Sequence record: SRR20825006_2049
Reading direction: 5' to 3' (one strand)
DNA: 43,790 nt
The notes below the pieces were generated by a model, which saw only the letters and a program-made list of their open reading frames with translations, was not told the DNA's origin and searched no databases. Shown piece by piece: positions 42,870-43,790 of the stretch (the stretch's first letter is position 1; each line of letters opens with the position of its first letter). The translations under genes were made by a program, and so were the position numbers.

Positions 42870-43790
42870 ATGAAAAATCTCACTCGAGCAAACACAGGTT
42901 TAACCGAAAAACTTCCTATAAAAGTCATTCAATATGGTGAAGGAAATTTTCTTAGAGCCTTTGTAGATTACATCATTGATAAACTGAATAAAGAAGCAGA
43001 CTTTAATGCCGGTGTTGCGGTGATCCAACCGCTGCCAGGTGGGATGGTAAGTATGCTTAACGATCAAGACGGACTCTATAATTTATTTTTAAGAGGAATT
43101 AAAAACGGAGAGGAAACCGAAGAAATACACACCATTTCCTGTGTGCAGGAGGGGCTGAATCCGTATACAGATTACGATAAATATCTCGCACTTGCCACTG
43201 GTGAAGAGCTAGAATTTTTAATCTCAAACACCACCGAAGCAGGGATTAGTTTTGACGAGAATGATACGCTTGCAGGCACGCCACACAAAAGTTTTCCGGC
43301 TAAAGTAACTGCCTTATTATACAAGCGCTATACTCATTTTGAAGGAGCTTCAGATATGGGATTGACGATCATTCCTTGCGAATTGATCAATCATAATGCA
43401 GATACGCTTAAGAAAATCATTTTGCAATACGCAGATTTATGGGACTTAGAGCCTGCATTTAAAACTTGGGTAGAAGAGGACAATAGCTTTCATAATACAT
43501 TGGTAGATCGCATAGTTCCGGGGTATCCTAAAGATGATATTGATGCATATCAAAGTCAGTTAGCAAATAAGGATAATCTTATCGTATCGGCCGAAACATT
43601 TTTACTTTGGGTGATTGAAGGCGACGCGCGATTAAAGCTAAAAATACCGTTTGATAAAATTGACGAGAATGTTTTGGTCGTTGAAGATATGCAGCCTTAT
43701 CGTACACGTAAAGTGCGTATTCTTAACGGAGCACACACGACGATGGTCCCTTTTTCATTGCTCTACGGAAATGAAACGGTAAAAGAAACT
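42870..43790 (+). CDS. uxaB: Tagaturonate reductase (altronate oxidoreductase); truncated at the right edge
   Basis: Not in the ORF track. Manual translation gives MKNLTRANTGLTEKLPIKVIQYGEGNFLRAFVD...ISNTTEAGI...SFPAKVT..LY.RY...PCELI..N...NTLVDRIVPGYP...RKVRILNGAHT. Confidence 0.93.
   Translation, partial: MKNLTRANTGLTEKLPIKVIQYGEGNFLRAFVDYIIDKLNKEADFNAGVAVIQPLPGGMVSMLNDQDGLYNLFLRGIKNGEETEEIHTISCVQEGLNPYTDYDKYLALATGEELEFLISNTTEAGISFDENDTLAGTPHKSFPAKVTALLYKRYTHFEGASDMGLTIIPCELINHNADTLKKIILQYADLWDLEPAFKTWVEEDNSFHNTLVDRIVPGYPKDDIDAYQSQLANKDNLIVSAETFLLWVIEGDARLKLKIPFDKIDENVLVVEDMQPYRTRKVRILNGAHTTMVPFSLLYGNETVKET

Noticed and set aside
1-43790. tRNA, rRNA, CRISPR arrays, IS elements, integrases, prophage or defence genes
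   Set aside because: None was recognisable by eye. Intergenic gaps are short and mostly accounted for by promoters and terminators, but small RNAs cannot be excluded without covariance-model searches.

Overview
This is a Bacteroidota (Flavobacteriaceae-like) chromosomal window, judged from TAnnTTTG -7 promoters, SusC/SusD genes and A-rich translation starts without Shine-Dalgarno sequences. From left to right it contains five blocks. (1) Divergent glutamine synthetases, GSII (truncated at the left edge) and GSIII, share an intergenic region with two copies of a candidate operator. (2) A six-gene curli-type amyloid operon has non-canonical architecture: a long CsgA-like curlin of about 15 repeats with loop insertions, a CsgB-like subunit, a probable CsgH-CsgE fusion, CsgF, CsgG fused to a C-terminal outer-membrane beta-barrel, and a coupled multidomain lipoprotein. 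(3) purM, a DUF3078 gene and two hypothetical genes follow. (4) A minus-strand polysaccharide utilisation locus (PUL) has two SusC/SusD pairs, three fasciclin lipoproteins, a sulfatase, DUF4861 and rhamnose mutarotase. (5) A divergent hexuronate operon carries GH105, DUF4861, kduI, kduD, uxaC, kdgK, kdgA, a TRAP transporter and uxaB (truncated at the right edge). The most notable signals are the modified curli system, a CAGGATAR-N19-TAnnTTTG promoter signature at three PUL promoters with identical spacing, and C-rich-loop leader hairpins. I saw no rRNA, tRNA, CRISPR array or mobile element. All family calls are by-eye motif recognition; no searches were run.
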